From a bacterium (GTDB lineage: Bacteria; Zhuqueibacterota; Zhuqueibacteria; Oceanimicrobiales; Oceanimicrobiaceae), in assembly GCA_046758365.1 (NCBI GenBank), contig JBHIAC010000002.1, positions 25,920 through 89,919 of the forward strand: a DNA stretch of 64,000 bases. Direction: 5' to 3'. Below the pieces are notes generated by a model. It saw only the letters and a list, made by a program, of their open reading frames with translations, did not search any database and was not told the origin of the DNA. Below are positions 9,731 through 19,652 of this stretch, one piece after another. Both the position numbers and the translations under genes were made by a program. Numbering within the stretch: the first letter of the stretch is position 1; every line of letters begins with the position of its first letter.

Positions 9731-11209
9731 GTGTTAACAATAGTACTTTTGTACCTGACAATGGTACTCGCTAATCCTGACAGTGGAGAATCTAAATTAC
9801 AAAATGTCTCCCTTGTTAACGCATTTCCTAATTTAACCTTCGTCAAGCCTGTATTTTTGACCCATAGTAACGATGGCACAAATCGTATTTTTGTAGTGGA
9901 ACAACCCGGTAGAATAAAAGTTTTCCCAAATGACGCTGAGGTTACGAGAGCCGAGTTATTTTTAGATTTTCAGAATAGAGTTAACGATCGTTTTACTGAA
10001 ATGGGGCTTTTGGGTCTCGCATTTCATCCAGATTTTGGAAATAATGGGTTCTTTTATGTCAATTATACTACCGGCGACTTTTTGGAACGAAGAACAGTGA
10101 TTTCTCGCTTTTCGATGGATATCAATAATCCCAATCTAGCCGATCCCAATAGCGAATTTATATTGTTAGAGATTCTCCAGCCATTCACAAATCACAATGG
10201 CGGTATGCTTCAATTTGGTCCAGAAGACGGATATTTATACATTGGGTTGGGAGATGGTGGTAGTGGGGGCGATCCTGAAAATCATGGTCAAAATCGAGCA
10301 ACCCTCCTCGGGGCTATATTGCGTATTGACGTTGATAATCCAACAGGAAAGTTGAATTACGGAATCCCTCCCGATAATCCCTTTGTAGGTAATACACAGG
10401 GCCTCAAAGAAGAAATTTGGGCCTATGGTCTTCGTAATCCCTGGAGATTTAGTATTGATCCTGTTACAGGTGAATTGTGGGTGGGTGATGTTGGGCAAAA
10501 TTTATGGGAAGAAGTTGACCTGATTGAAAAAGGTAAAAATTATGGATGGAGAATTATGGAAGGATTTCATTGTTTCAATCCTTCAAATTGCGATCCGACG
10601 GGATTAGCTCTCCCAATTGTAGAGTATGGGCACAATTTGGGATGTTCTATTACAGGCGGATACATTTATCGTGGTAGTTTACAGCCAGAACTGGAAGGCG
10701 CTTATATTTACGGAGATTATTGTAGTGGCAGAATCTGGATGCTAAGACATGAAAATAACCAATTGATGGCAGATTCTTTATTAATCGAACCTGAATTTGA
10801 TCTCGCTATTTCATCCTTTGGCGTGGACGAAGAAAATGAATTATTCATAATTGATCACAATGGGAAAATATATCGTTTTGCTGGCAGTCCGCCAACCGAT
10901 GTCCAGGATGATGACGTGGTTAACATTCCTGATACTTTTTCCTTGGAACAAAACTATCCAAATCCGTTCAATCCTGAAACATTAATCAGCTATCAACTTG
11001 CCGTTGTCAGCGATGTAGAATTAACAATTTATAATTTCTTAGGTCAAAAGATTCGAACACTGGTATACGAGAGACAAAGAACTGGAACTTATAAGGTGTA
11101 TTGGGATGGCAGGAATGATGCCGGGGTTCAAGTTTCAAGCGGTGTTTATCTATATCGGTTGAGAGTTGGGAGATTTGTTCAAACCCGCAAAATGATTTTG
11201 AGAAAGTAA
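9731..11209 (+). CDS. Secreted PQQ-dependent glucose/sorbosone dehydrogenase (GSDH) with C-terminal FlgD-Ig/secretion sorting domain
   Basis: GLLGLAFHPDF, NHNGG, GDGG, AYGLRNPWRFS, DVGQ, NYGW; C-terminal LEQNYPNPFNP...SSGVYLYRL. True start may be ATT at 9707. Confidence 0.93.
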   Translation: MLTIVLLYLTMVLANPDSGESKLQNVSLVNAFPNLTFVKPVFLTHSNDGTNRIFVVEQPGRIKVFPNDAEVTRAELFLDFQNRVNDRFTEMGLLGLAFHPDFGNNGFFYVNYTTGDFLERRTVISRFSMDINNPNLADPNSEFILLEILQPFTNHNGGMLQFGPEDGYLYIGLGDGGSGGDPENHGQNRATLLGAILRIDVDNPTGKLNYGIPPDNPFVGNTQGLKEEIWAYGLRNPWRFSIDPVTGELWVGDVGQNLWEEVDLIEKGKNYGWRIMEGFHCFNPSNCDPTGLALPIVEYGHNLGCSITGGYIYRGSLQPELEGAYIYGDYCSGRIWMLRHENNQLMADSLLIEPEFDLAISSFGVDEENELFIIDHNGKIYRFAGSPPTDVQDDDVVNIPDTFSLEQNYPNPFNPETLISYQLAVVSDVELTIYNFLGQKIRTLVYERQRTGTYKVYWDGRNDAGVQVSSGVYLYRLRVGRFVQTRKMILRK

Positions 11210-11282
11210 AGAAAACTTTATTCAAATTTCAGTTGATTATTTAAAGAACATCTCGGTTTCTCGATAATTTAACAAGCGGTGG

Positions 11283-11516
11283 CTAGTTTTCATCATCTTC
11301 TGGTATGAGACTTTTAAGAATAGATAAAATATCGTCTCTCCACTCTATAGGCGCTTCGATATGCCCCCAACCTTTCTGACTTTGAAAAAGACCGTCATAA
11401 GCTAAATCATGATAACTTCGTATTTGATGAGGAATGCCTTTTTCTTTGAGCAAACCTTCCAACACTTGGGCTTGAAATTCATTGTCAAGAATGGCGATTT
11501 TTTCATATTTCTTCAT
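11283..11516 (-). CDS. DUF2007-type putative signal-transducing protein
   Basis: NEFQAQVLEGLLKEKGIP pattern, 77 aa, AAGGGA upstream of the start. Confidence 0.75.
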   Translation of the reverse strand: MKKYEKIAILDNEFQAQVLEGLLKEKGIPHQIRSYHDLAYDGLFQSQKGWGHIEAPIEWRDDILSILKSLIPEDDEN

Positions 11517-11745
11517 TTTAGTATCCCTTTGATTTCTAACATATTATATTAACCTGCAACCCACCATTTATTTCTATATCTGGCAGACCGCAGTCTAATT
11601 ACTTAGAATGCAATCCGAAGTATAAGAACAGAATATTCGCACGCTTTCTAATGACTATAAATGACAGCGAAGCGTTATGACTTAATGACTTCATTATTTT
11701 TTATCTAAACGTACGAATAAGCAAATCCCTACAATTCTGAAATTT

Positions 11746-11758
11746 GCGGCTTCGCCGC
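11746..11758. repeat. Short GC-rich REP-like hairpin
   Basis: GCGGC-TTC-GCCGC perfect palindrome downstream of the metallophosphoesterase gene. Confidence 0.45.
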
Positions 11759-11787
11759 GCTAAGTTAATTAATGAACATTTGTGTTA

Positions 11788-13002
11788 TTATTCTCCAGTT
11801 CCAACTACTTTAATCAGCGTGACTTCAGCGGGTGCATGATAGCGGAATGGAGCAAAAGTGAAACCTAGTCCATTGTTTATGCTCACCAACATACGATCCA
11901 CAAAGTAAAATCCTTTAAAAAATGGAGATTCAAATTGGGTAGGTGTAAATATGAACCCAAATGGTCTAAAAACAATTTGTCCACCGTGGGTGTGTCCAGC
12001 CAAAAATAAATGATAGCCTCTTTCAGCAGCTAATTCTATTACAGATTCTGACGGTTGGTGGGTTACTAAAATATCAAGAGCCCCTCGAGGCTGAGAACCC
12101 ATTAAAGAATACAACTGATCCATTCTCGGACGATGAGAATAGACATTTGTTATAAAAGTAACCAAAAAACTGTCATATCCAACATGAATAAATTGATTTG
12201 TGTTTTCTAATATTACAATATTATTAGATTTCAAGCTATTGGTTATACTGTGAGGCTCAGCCCAAATATCGTGATCACCCAAACATGCATATACGCCATA
12301 ATGGGCCTCAATAGTTCCTAGAATTTTAGATCCCAAATCAATATATTTTGTACCAGAAGTCACTAGATCTCCAGTAAAGAATACCAGATCGGGTTTAAGT
12401 TTATTGACTTTTTTTACATATCGTTTCATTTTTCTTTGTTTGGTTCGAGAGTCTGCCTGCAGATCACTTATATGGACGATTTTTAATCCTTCTAATGTTG
12501 TGGGTAAATGTGGAACGTAGAGCTCAACTTCAGAAACACGTATTCGATTTGTGTCGATAAGTATGCGAAATAGGATATAAATTGTGAGCAACGCCATGAT
12601 AACGACGATTACTCTTGATTCCACCTCTAACCATGTGGTTTTATATTTTTTATAAAGTGGGAAAAAAGGAAGCTTTATAAAATCAATAGTCAATAGCCAT
12701 GGTAAAATCTCAACTATTAATATGAGTCCCATCCAAAAGGGATATGTAAAAAGTATGTCCCAAAGTTTTTGACCTTCTCGAATCGATTTAGTAAAATTTT
12801 CAAATCCTAATTGATGGAGTCCTAAAAGTAAGAAGGGATGTAAATTCAGATAAGCTATCCCAGCTACAATAAACAATCTAATTTGATCATTGGGCCAAAT
12901 AAATATTTTGCTGAGAGCGTAATATAGTTTCCATCCTGAATAGAGGTAGGCAAGTAATAAAGCAGGCAAGAGCGTGAGAATTGTTCTTAAAATCCAGGGC
13001 AT
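11788..13002 (-). CDS. Membrane-anchored calcineurin-like metallophosphoesterase (YkuE-like)
   Basis: N-terminal TM helices; ISDLQ, TGDLV, LGDHD, LVTHQP, AGHTHGGQ motifs. Confidence 0.92.
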   Translation of the reverse strand: MPWILRTILTLLPALLLAYLYSGWKLYYALSKIFIWPNDQIRLFIVAGIAYLNLHPFLLLGLHQLGFENFTKSIREGQKLWDILFTYPFWMGLILIVEILPWLLTIDFIKLPFFPLYKKYKTTWLEVESRVIVVIMALLTIYILFRILIDTNRIRVSEVELYVPHLPTTLEGLKIVHISDLQADSRTKQRKMKRYVKKVNKLKPDLVFFTGDLVTSGTKYIDLGSKILGTIEAHYGVYACLGDHDIWAEPHSITNSLKSNNIVILENTNQFIHVGYDSFLVTFITNVYSHRPRMDQLYSLMGSQPRGALDILVTHQPSESVIELAAERGYHLFLAGHTHGGQIVFRPFGFIFTPTQFESPFFKGFYFVDRMLVSINNGLGFTFAPFRYHAPAEVTLIKVVGTGE

Positions 13003-13057
13003 TTAATTGAGCTATCCTTTTAAAGTATATAGGGTAGGTTATATTTAAACTTTATTG

Positions 13058-13603
13058 TTACTGAGGCCAATAAGGCTCCAACTCAACCCCCAAACCGTCG
13101 GCCAGCCGATTGACAAAATTATAATAACCTGTGATTTGGTTAATATCCAAAATTGCGGCATCGCTAAAACCCTCCTCCCGTAGTTTTTCCACATCCGCTT
13201 CTTCCATTTTCCATGTTGTGAGGGTTAGTTTAACGGCATAATCCAGCATGGCCAGGTCAGCACTCGAAAGGGGGGCTTGCCGGTAATCGCGCTTGAGATG
13301 CTCTATCAGTGCTTCATTTTTGGTAAGTCTGCGGAGACCCGCTCCGTGGTGAGTTATTCAGTAGTGACATTTATTGGTTACCGAGACTACCACTGCAATC
13401 ATCTCCCTCTGGACTCGGCTTAAGTCGGATTTACCAAACATCAGAGTTCGATACAATTGGTAGTGACCTTTCAAGGACGGGGGATTAAGACTGTGGATTT
13501 TTAAAATATTATCCACCATACCGGAAGGAGTGGCATGATTGTCATAGAACTCTTTCAGGGAATTTTGAGCTTCCTGTTCTTTTATTACTTTTATCCAAGC
13601 CAT
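13058..13603 (-). CDS. AhpD/carboxymuconolactone decarboxylase-like peroxidase-related selenoprotein (181 aa, CxxU)
   Basis: ORFs 13358-13603 and 13058-13249 are in the same frame, separated only by TGA at 13358-13360. Read-through gives NKCHY-U-ITHHGAGLRRLTKNEALIEHLKRDYRQAPLSSADLAMLDYAVKLT. Confidence 0.9.
13332..13346 (-). promoter_or_regulatory. Bacterial SECIS-like hairpin
   Basis: CGGAG-CGGGT-CTCCG stem-loop starting 11 nt 3' of the in-frame UGA, with a G-rich apical loop. Confidence 0.75.
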
Positions 13604-13723
13604 TTTTTATGTACCTAAGATATTGATATAATTAGCATTCATGGAATAGTTAAATTCCTTTAATTAGGACTAAGTTTGTTATTCATTTATCATCAAGTCA
13701 ATTCGCTTCTATGTGAACCAAAA

Positions 13724-15817
13724 TTATTTTTTATGCTGATTTAAATTGTTAATGTTATTTAGACTGGCTTGAGAACCCATTATCAAGATCGAATCACCGT
13801 ATTTGAAACGATAATCCGGTTTGGGTGGAATTACATTCTGTTTTTCTTTTTTTTCAGCATCATAGTTCTGCTTGATCAGTACTACTTCTGTACCAAAACG
13901 ACTGCGTAAATTTAACTCTCGCAGTGTTTTATTTACAAACTCTCCCGGAATCTCAATCTCACATAAGATTTGTCCATCCAGCAATTCAATCCGCTTGAAC
14001 TTACGTAGAGAACCAATGTAACTGGAAACGGAGGTAACCATGTCTCGTTTAAATACTTCTTTGTTATAGACCTCAATCACATCATTTTTAGAAATTGTTC
14101 CAATTAACTGCTTTTCATTCTTTCCACTTACGACCGGTAATTCATCAATATTCATTTCACCAAAAGCTTTCATAACAATGTCAAGCGTATCATTAGGGGT
14201 AAAGTAATGGCGTATTGGCGTCAATAGATCATAGGCAACCAGAACATGTTCAAGTACATCGGATTCATAGATAATTCTTCGCACATCATGGATGGAAATC
14301 ACGCCTAATAAATGATTTTGACTGTCAACCACAAAAAAGTTCGGGTGAGGGCTGCTGACGGTTAAATCCATTAATTTGCGGAATGGGGTATCTGCATGGA
14401 CTCGCTCGTAATCTGATTTCATTACTTTTGCCACTTGCAGCGAATTTAATACATTGATTTCTTGACCTTGGAAAATATTGATACCCCGGCGGGATAGTTT
14501 TAGAGTATAAATAGAATCTTTTTTCAATCGAGTAGTAATTAAAGCGCTGATGATGCAGGTAATCATCAGAGGAAGAATTATTCGATAATCATTGGTTAAT
14601 TCAAAAATAATCAGGATTGATGTAATAGGGGCGTGCATGGCCCCGGCGGCTACGGCCCCCATTCCCACCAATGCATAAGCGCCGGAGGATGCCGTATGCA
14701 TGGGAACAAGCGTATGAACAATGGTCCCCATGAAACCACCGAGGTTTGCACCTAAAAATAAAGAAGGAGCAAAAATCCCTCCCGATCCACCGGAACCAAT
14801 AGTAATTGAGGTAGCAACGACCTTCAGAGCGACTAGGAACAATAAAAAATACCAGACCAATTGACCGTTCAATGCCAGGCTTATGGTATCGTAACCAACT
14901 CCGAATATATGCGGGAAATAAATCGCTATTAGTCCAATGAGTAAGCCTCCAAGTACAGGTTTTAAGAATTCTGGTATGCGAAGGATTTCAAATATATCTT
15001 CGGTTTTATATAACAGATTGATAAAAGCCAGGGCCACGAATGCCGCCAAAACCCCTAAGATTACATAAGGAATCATTTCGAAGATGCTTACCAGTTCATA
15101 ATGGGGAATCACAAAGGCGGAAAAATCACCTAAAAAATGACGTGATACCACAGTAGCAGTAACTGATGAAACCACAATTGGGCTGAATTGAGAAATGCCA
15201 AAATCACTGAGAATAATTTCCATCGCGAAAAGAGCACCGGCTATCGGCGCATTAAAAGTAGCTGCAATCCCGGCAGCCGTTCCACAAGCCACAAAAGTCC
15301 GCAAACGGGAACCGGTCACTTTGAGAACCTGCCCTAACATGGAACCAATAGCAGAACCAATCTGAACGATTGGCCCTTCACGTCCAACCGAGCCACCCGA
15401 CCCAATACATACCGCTGATGCGGTGACTTTGGCAAACATCACACGAGGACGAATAGCGCCTCCACGCAGCACAATCGACTCCATAACCTCAGGTACCCCA
15501 TGACCTTTTGCCTCCCGCGCAAAATAAAACACAATTGGGCCAACAATTAATCCGCCCATTGCTGGTGCAATAAGCTTAACATACCAGGGTAGTTGTAACG
15601 AATACTCCAAGGTATATTGCCAGGAGCCAAAAAAGACTCCTTGAAAAAATCGAATGGCAAAGCGAAAAAAGATTGCTCCAAATCCACCCATAATTCCAAT
15701 TACTACGGCAACCACCACCATAAAGGTATGTTCAGTCATGCGTAATCGTTGTAGTTCATCTACAATAAAATGTTGCCAGAACTTCGTAAACGTGTGAATA
15801 TGAGAAGATATTGACAT
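13724..15817 (-). CDS. CLC-family chloride channel/H+ antiporter with CBS pair and C-terminal TrkA-C (RCK_C) domain
   Basis: GHGVPE, GREGP, FNAPIAG, GIFAP motifs; CBS repeats; FVNKTLRELNLRSRFG...PKPDYRFKYGD tail. Start uncertain (ATG 15817 or TTG 15856). Confidence 0.93.
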   Translation of the reverse strand: MSISSHIHTFTKFWQHFIVDELQRLRMTEHTFMVVVAVVIGIMGGFGAIFFRFAIRFFQGVFFGSWQYTLEYSLQLPWYVKLIAPAMGGLIVGPIVFYFAREAKGHGVPEVMESIVLRGGAIRPRVMFAKVTASAVCIGSGGSVGREGPIVQIGSAIGSMLGQVLKVTGSRLRTFVACGTAAGIAATFNAPIAGALFAMEIILSDFGISQFSPIVVSSVTATVVSRHFLGDFSAFVIPHYELVSIFEMIPYVILGVLAAFVALAFINLLYKTEDIFEILRIPEFLKPVLGGLLIGLIAIYFPHIFGVGYDTISLALNGQLVWYFLLFLVALKVVATSITIGSGGSGGIFAPSLFLGANLGGFMGTIVHTLVPMHTASSGAYALVGMGAVAAGAMHAPITSILIIFELTNDYRIILPLMITCIISALITTRLKKDSIYTLKLSRRGINIFQGQEINVLNSLQVAKVMKSDYERVHADTPFRKLMDLTVSSPHPNFFVVDSQNHLLGVISIHDVRRIIYESDVLEHVLVAYDLLTPIRHYFTPNDTLDIVMKAFGEMNIDELPVVSGKNEKQLIGTISKNDVIEVYNKEVFKRDMVTSVSSYIGSLRKFKRIELLDGQILCEIEIPGEFVNKTLRELNLRSRFGTEVVLIKQNYDAEKKEKQNVIPPKPDYRFKYGDSILIMGSQASLNNINNLNQHKK

Positions 15818-15975
15818 CTCAAATATCTTAATTGAAATAAAATGTTGATAAATCAACTATAAATAAAACTTAACATCCTCTTTTCTATCTTTGTACATGA
15901 TATCGTAAATGACAGCGATTTTATCAAACTCGTTCATTTTAGATTTAGCTAAATTGTTTAGATAAAAAAGTAATT

Positions 15976-16082
15976 AATGACGTAGGTGCAATTAAGGTAA
16001 GACGCTAAATATTTTAATTTGAAAATATTGACTTTACAATTGCTAATAGTTGAAATTATTCCGTTTTTGCACCAACGTCATT
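15976..16082 (-). mobile_element. MITE-like element, copy A
   Basis: Terminal inverted repeats AATGACGTAGGTGCAA / TTGCACCAACGTCATT. Homologous to 26849-26939 in the opposite orientation. No ORF. Confidence 0.75.
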
Positions 16083-16250
16083 AATGAATTATTTTTCTAA
16101 AACATACTAATAAAATTTAAAATATCAAAATAAAATTTACTACTAGATATGAGACTTTCTACCCTATTTTGAAGGATCTCAGGTTTTGTAAGTTTTGGAA
16201 AACAATTATTGTTCTTTAAAAGAGTCCTGCCTGGTTAGCATGGTTTGAAT

Positions 16251-19200
16251 TTACTTCCGCACTACCACGTCATATACCATAGGAATTACTACCAATGTGA
16301 GGAGGGTGCCCACAAGTAAACCGCCGATAACAGTAATAGCCATAGGGGTGCGCAGTTCCGCACCTTCGCCGAAACCCAGAGCCATGGGTAAAAGGCCGAG
16401 TACGGTGGTGAGGGTGGTCATGAGAATGGGCCGCAAACGAACCTGGCCAGCTTGTTTAATGGCCTCGCGTTTGGCCAGGCCCTGCTTTCGCAGCTTGTTG
16501 ATATAGTCAATTAGGACAATGGCATTGTTTACCACAATCCCAGCCAGCATGATGAGTCCAATGAGCACAACGACACTGATGGGTGTCCTGGTTATAAGCA
16601 GTGTGAGGATTACACCGATAAGGGCAAAGGGTATAGTGAACATAATGATGAACGGCTGCACCAGCGACTCAAACTGCGAAGCCATGACTAAATAGACCAG
16701 AAAAATAGCCAGAGCTATGGCCAGTTTCATGCTGTCGAACGAGGTCACCATTTCCCGCTGCTGTCCGCCGATGCGCACACGGAAATCGGGCGGCAGTTCC
16801 AGTTTATCGATGATTTTTTGAATGTCCTCGGAGACACTCCCCAGGTCTCGCCCTTTGAGATTAGCCGTCACCAGCGCTACCCGTTCCTGATCAATGCGTC
16901 GGATTTCACTTGGCCCGCGTTCCAATTTCACATCTGCCACCGTAGATAGAGGAATGGGCACGGAGCCCGTGGAATTGACCACCAGTCGGCGCAGATCTTC
17001 CACGTTGTTGCGGTCCTCTTCGCGGGCGCGCACACGGATATCTACTTTGCGGTCCTGGCGATTTAACTCGGTTGAAACTTCTCCCAGAACTTTATTGCGC
17101 ACAATGTTACCAATGGTTGCGATGTCCAGACCGGCCTGAGCCACCCGACGACGGTTGAAAACGATCTGCACCTCGGGATTGCCGCCTTCGGTGCTGGATT
17201 TGACGTCACGCAAGCCTGGGAGGTTTCGAATCTCCTGCGCCAAGGTCAGACTCAGCCGCTCTAATTCCTGCAAATTATAGCCGCGAACTTCCACTTCAAC
17301 CGGGGTTTTGAAACTGAAAAGGGTGGGACGGGATATTTTATATTCAACACCTGGTAAAGCTATAAATTTGTTTCGCAAATCATCCATGACCCGTTGCTCA
17401 GCTTCACGGTCGTTTCTCCGCAGCAGACGGATATGCAATTGCCCAAGATTTTCACGCAATTCCGTCGCGCTGAACCCCATCTGTGCGGCGGTCCCGGAAA
17501 CCGTATAGACGTTGGAAACGCCCGGCACTTCCTGCGCCCTGGAGGCCATCTGAGCCACTACCTCTTCGGTTTTCTCCAGCGGCGTCCCAATAGGCAAAAG
17601 AATATCCACGAAAAATTCACCCTGACTCATCTCAGGGATAAGCTCACTACCGAGAAATGGCACACTGACCAGAGCAAGAATAAAAAGCAGCAACGTGCTT
17701 CCCAGAAACTTCGCACGTTGCTGGAGTACATTATCAAGAAATCTGGGATAGCGCTTGGTCAAAAGCTGCAAAGCTGCGTCAAAAGCCGCGTAAACGGGTT
17801 TCAGCAGCCGGTTTAGAACTTGTCCCACAGTTGCAAAAATTCCTCGAATCTGGTTGTAAAGGAAGGCCGGGGTATCGAGGGAAATGCGTGCCCAAAATTT
17901 TTTAATTTTACCTTTACTCTCAGATGTGGTTTCAACGTACGCTTGATCCGGAGACAGCATGGGTTGAAATTGCCGGGAGGCTAACATGGGAATAAATGTC
18001 AAGGCCACCAGAAGAGAAGCCGTCAGGGAAAAGGTTACGGTGAGCGCCTGATCATTAAACAATTGTCCAGCGATGCCTTCCACAAAAATAATCGGCACAA
18101 ACACACACACCGTGGTCAGAGTCGAGGCGATGACCGCCTGGCCGACCTCACATGTGCCCTTATCGGCGGCGTCTGCCTGGGCATGCTCGCGCTTGCGATA
18201 TCGGTCGATCGATTCCAGCACCACAATGGCATTATCCACCAGCATCCCCACACCTAAGGCCAATCCCCCTAACGACATGATGTTGAGCGAGACATTGGCC
18301 AGATACATGAAAAAGAAAGTCGCGACAATGGAAATCGGAATGACCAAACTGATGATAAGGGTGCTTTTCAGACTGCGAAGGAAAAGATACAGCACCAGCA
18401 TCGCGAGAATGCCTCCCCAGATAGCCGTGTTTAAAACTTCATCCACCGAGTTCTCAATAAAAAGGGATTGATCGTTCACGATGGTCATGGTTAAAGGTAC
18501 ATTGAATTGCTGGAACTCCTGCATGATTTCCTGCAGTCGCTCTTTCACCCGCTTTGCTACCGTGACCGTATTTTTATCAGCTTCTTTGTAGACCGCGATC
18601 TCCACCGACTCTTTGCCGTTGAGATGGGTGATCACTTTCCGTTCCTTATGGCCTTTACGAATTTCTGCCACATCTTTCAGCAAGATAGGTACCTGACTGC
18701 GCATACCAACGACAATATCTCGCATTTCGTCGACGTTCTGGAATTCGTTCAGGGTGCGGACCAGGAATTCGGCTTCACCCTCCTTGAGTGTGCCGCCTGT
18801 GAGATTGACGTTTTCTTGCGCCATGCGCTGCGTAACCAGGGTAATGGGTATACCGAGAGTTGCGAGCCGGCTTTCATGAACGTTTATTTGAATTTCCTCT
18901 TCTAATCCTCCAGATACCTGAATGGAAGCTACCCCATCCAATGATTCTAATTCTTGTTTGATACGCTCTTCAGCGAACAATCTCAGGGCGATCAGGCTTT
19001 CCTCGCCCGCAAGTCCGATGCGCATAATGGGATCCAACGATGGATCGAAGCGTAACAGGATAGGAGGTTCGGCATCCTTGGGAAGTACGAGCATATCTAA
19101 CTTTTCACGTACATCCAAAGAGGCAAAATCCATGTCGGTTTTCCAGTCGAACTCTATGATAACATCAGACATACCAGGACGGGAGATAGAACTGGTGCGC

Positions 19201-19433
19201 ACCACACCTGAAATAACGCCGACCGCCTCTTCAATCGGTTCAGAAAGGAGATTTTCGACTTCGCCCGGAGCGGTTCCCGGGTATTCTGTGCGAATGGTCA
19301 AGGTTGGGTAGGAAATATCCGGCAGAAGATTTATGGGCAGCCGGTCAAAGGCCACAAAGCCAAATACCCCGGCTGCCACCATAAACATTAATATTGTAAC
19401 CGGACGAGTTATTGAGAAGTTTACTATTTTCAT
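16251..19433 (-). CDS. RND efflux permease (second subunit of a paired RND system)
   Basis: 1060 aa, GMLVDNAIVVLE, GIVVNNAIVL, RLRPILMT. Confidence 0.95.
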   Translation of the reverse strand: MKIVNFSITRPVTILMFMVAAGVFGFVAFDRLPINLLPDISYPTLTIRTEYPGTAPGEVENLLSEPIEEAVGVISGVVRTSSISRPGMSDVIIEFDWKTDMDFASLDVREKLDMLVLPKDAEPPILLRFDPSLDPIMRIGLAGEESLIALRLFAEERIKQELESLDGVASIQVSGGLEEEIQINVHESRLATLGIPITLVTQRMAQENVNLTGGTLKEGEAEFLVRTLNEFQNVDEMRDIVVGMRSQVPILLKDVAEIRKGHKERKVITHLNGKESVEIAVYKEADKNTVTVAKRVKERLQEIMQEFQQFNVPLTMTIVNDQSLFIENSVDEVLNTAIWGGILAMLVLYLFLRSLKSTLIISLVIPISIVATFFFMYLANVSLNIMSLGGLALGVGMLVDNAIVVLESIDRYRKREHAQADAADKGTCEVGQAVIASTLTTVCVFVPIIFVEGIAGQLFNDQALTVTFSLTASLLVALTFIPMLASRQFQPMLSPDQAYVETTSESKGKIKKFWARISLDTPAFLYNQIRGIFATVGQVLNRLLKPVYAAFDAALQLLTKRYPRFLDNVLQQRAKFLGSTLLLFILALVSVPFLGSELIPEMSQGEFFVDILLPIGTPLEKTEEVVAQMASRAQEVPGVSNVYTVSGTAAQMGFSATELRENLGQLHIRLLRRNDREAEQRVMDDLRNKFIALPGVEYKISRPTLFSFKTPVEVEVRGYNLQELERLSLTLAQEIRNLPGLRDVKSSTEGGNPEVQIVFNRRRVAQAGLDIATIGNIVRNKVLGEVSTELNRQDRKVDIRVRAREEDRNNVEDLRRLVVNSTGSVPIPLSTVADVKLERGPSEIRRIDQERVALVTANLKGRDLGSVSEDIQKIIDKLELPPDFRVRIGGQQREMVTSFDSMKLAIALAIFLVYLVMASQFESLVQPFIIMFTIPFALIGVILTLLITRTPISVVVLIGLIMLAGIVVNNAIVLIDYINKLRKQGLAKREAIKQAGQVRLRPILMTTLTTVLGLLPMALGFGEGAELRTPMAITVIGGLLVGTLLTLVVIPMVYDVVVRK

Positions 19434-19652
19434 ATTTGTTAAGCCTTTATTTTATATTTGGTATAACCAATCAAATCTTCGTTTCTTTTGCATAAATATT
19501 TTGTTTTTAATACTCATTGCTCAACTGTTCCATTGCTCTATTGTTAAATTGTTTGTGTAGTAACAATGCAACATTGCAGCTCGCTACTCTATGTTTATTC
19601 AAACCTTTACCCATATACCCTCCATACTATTTGACTTCTTGTATCCTTGATA

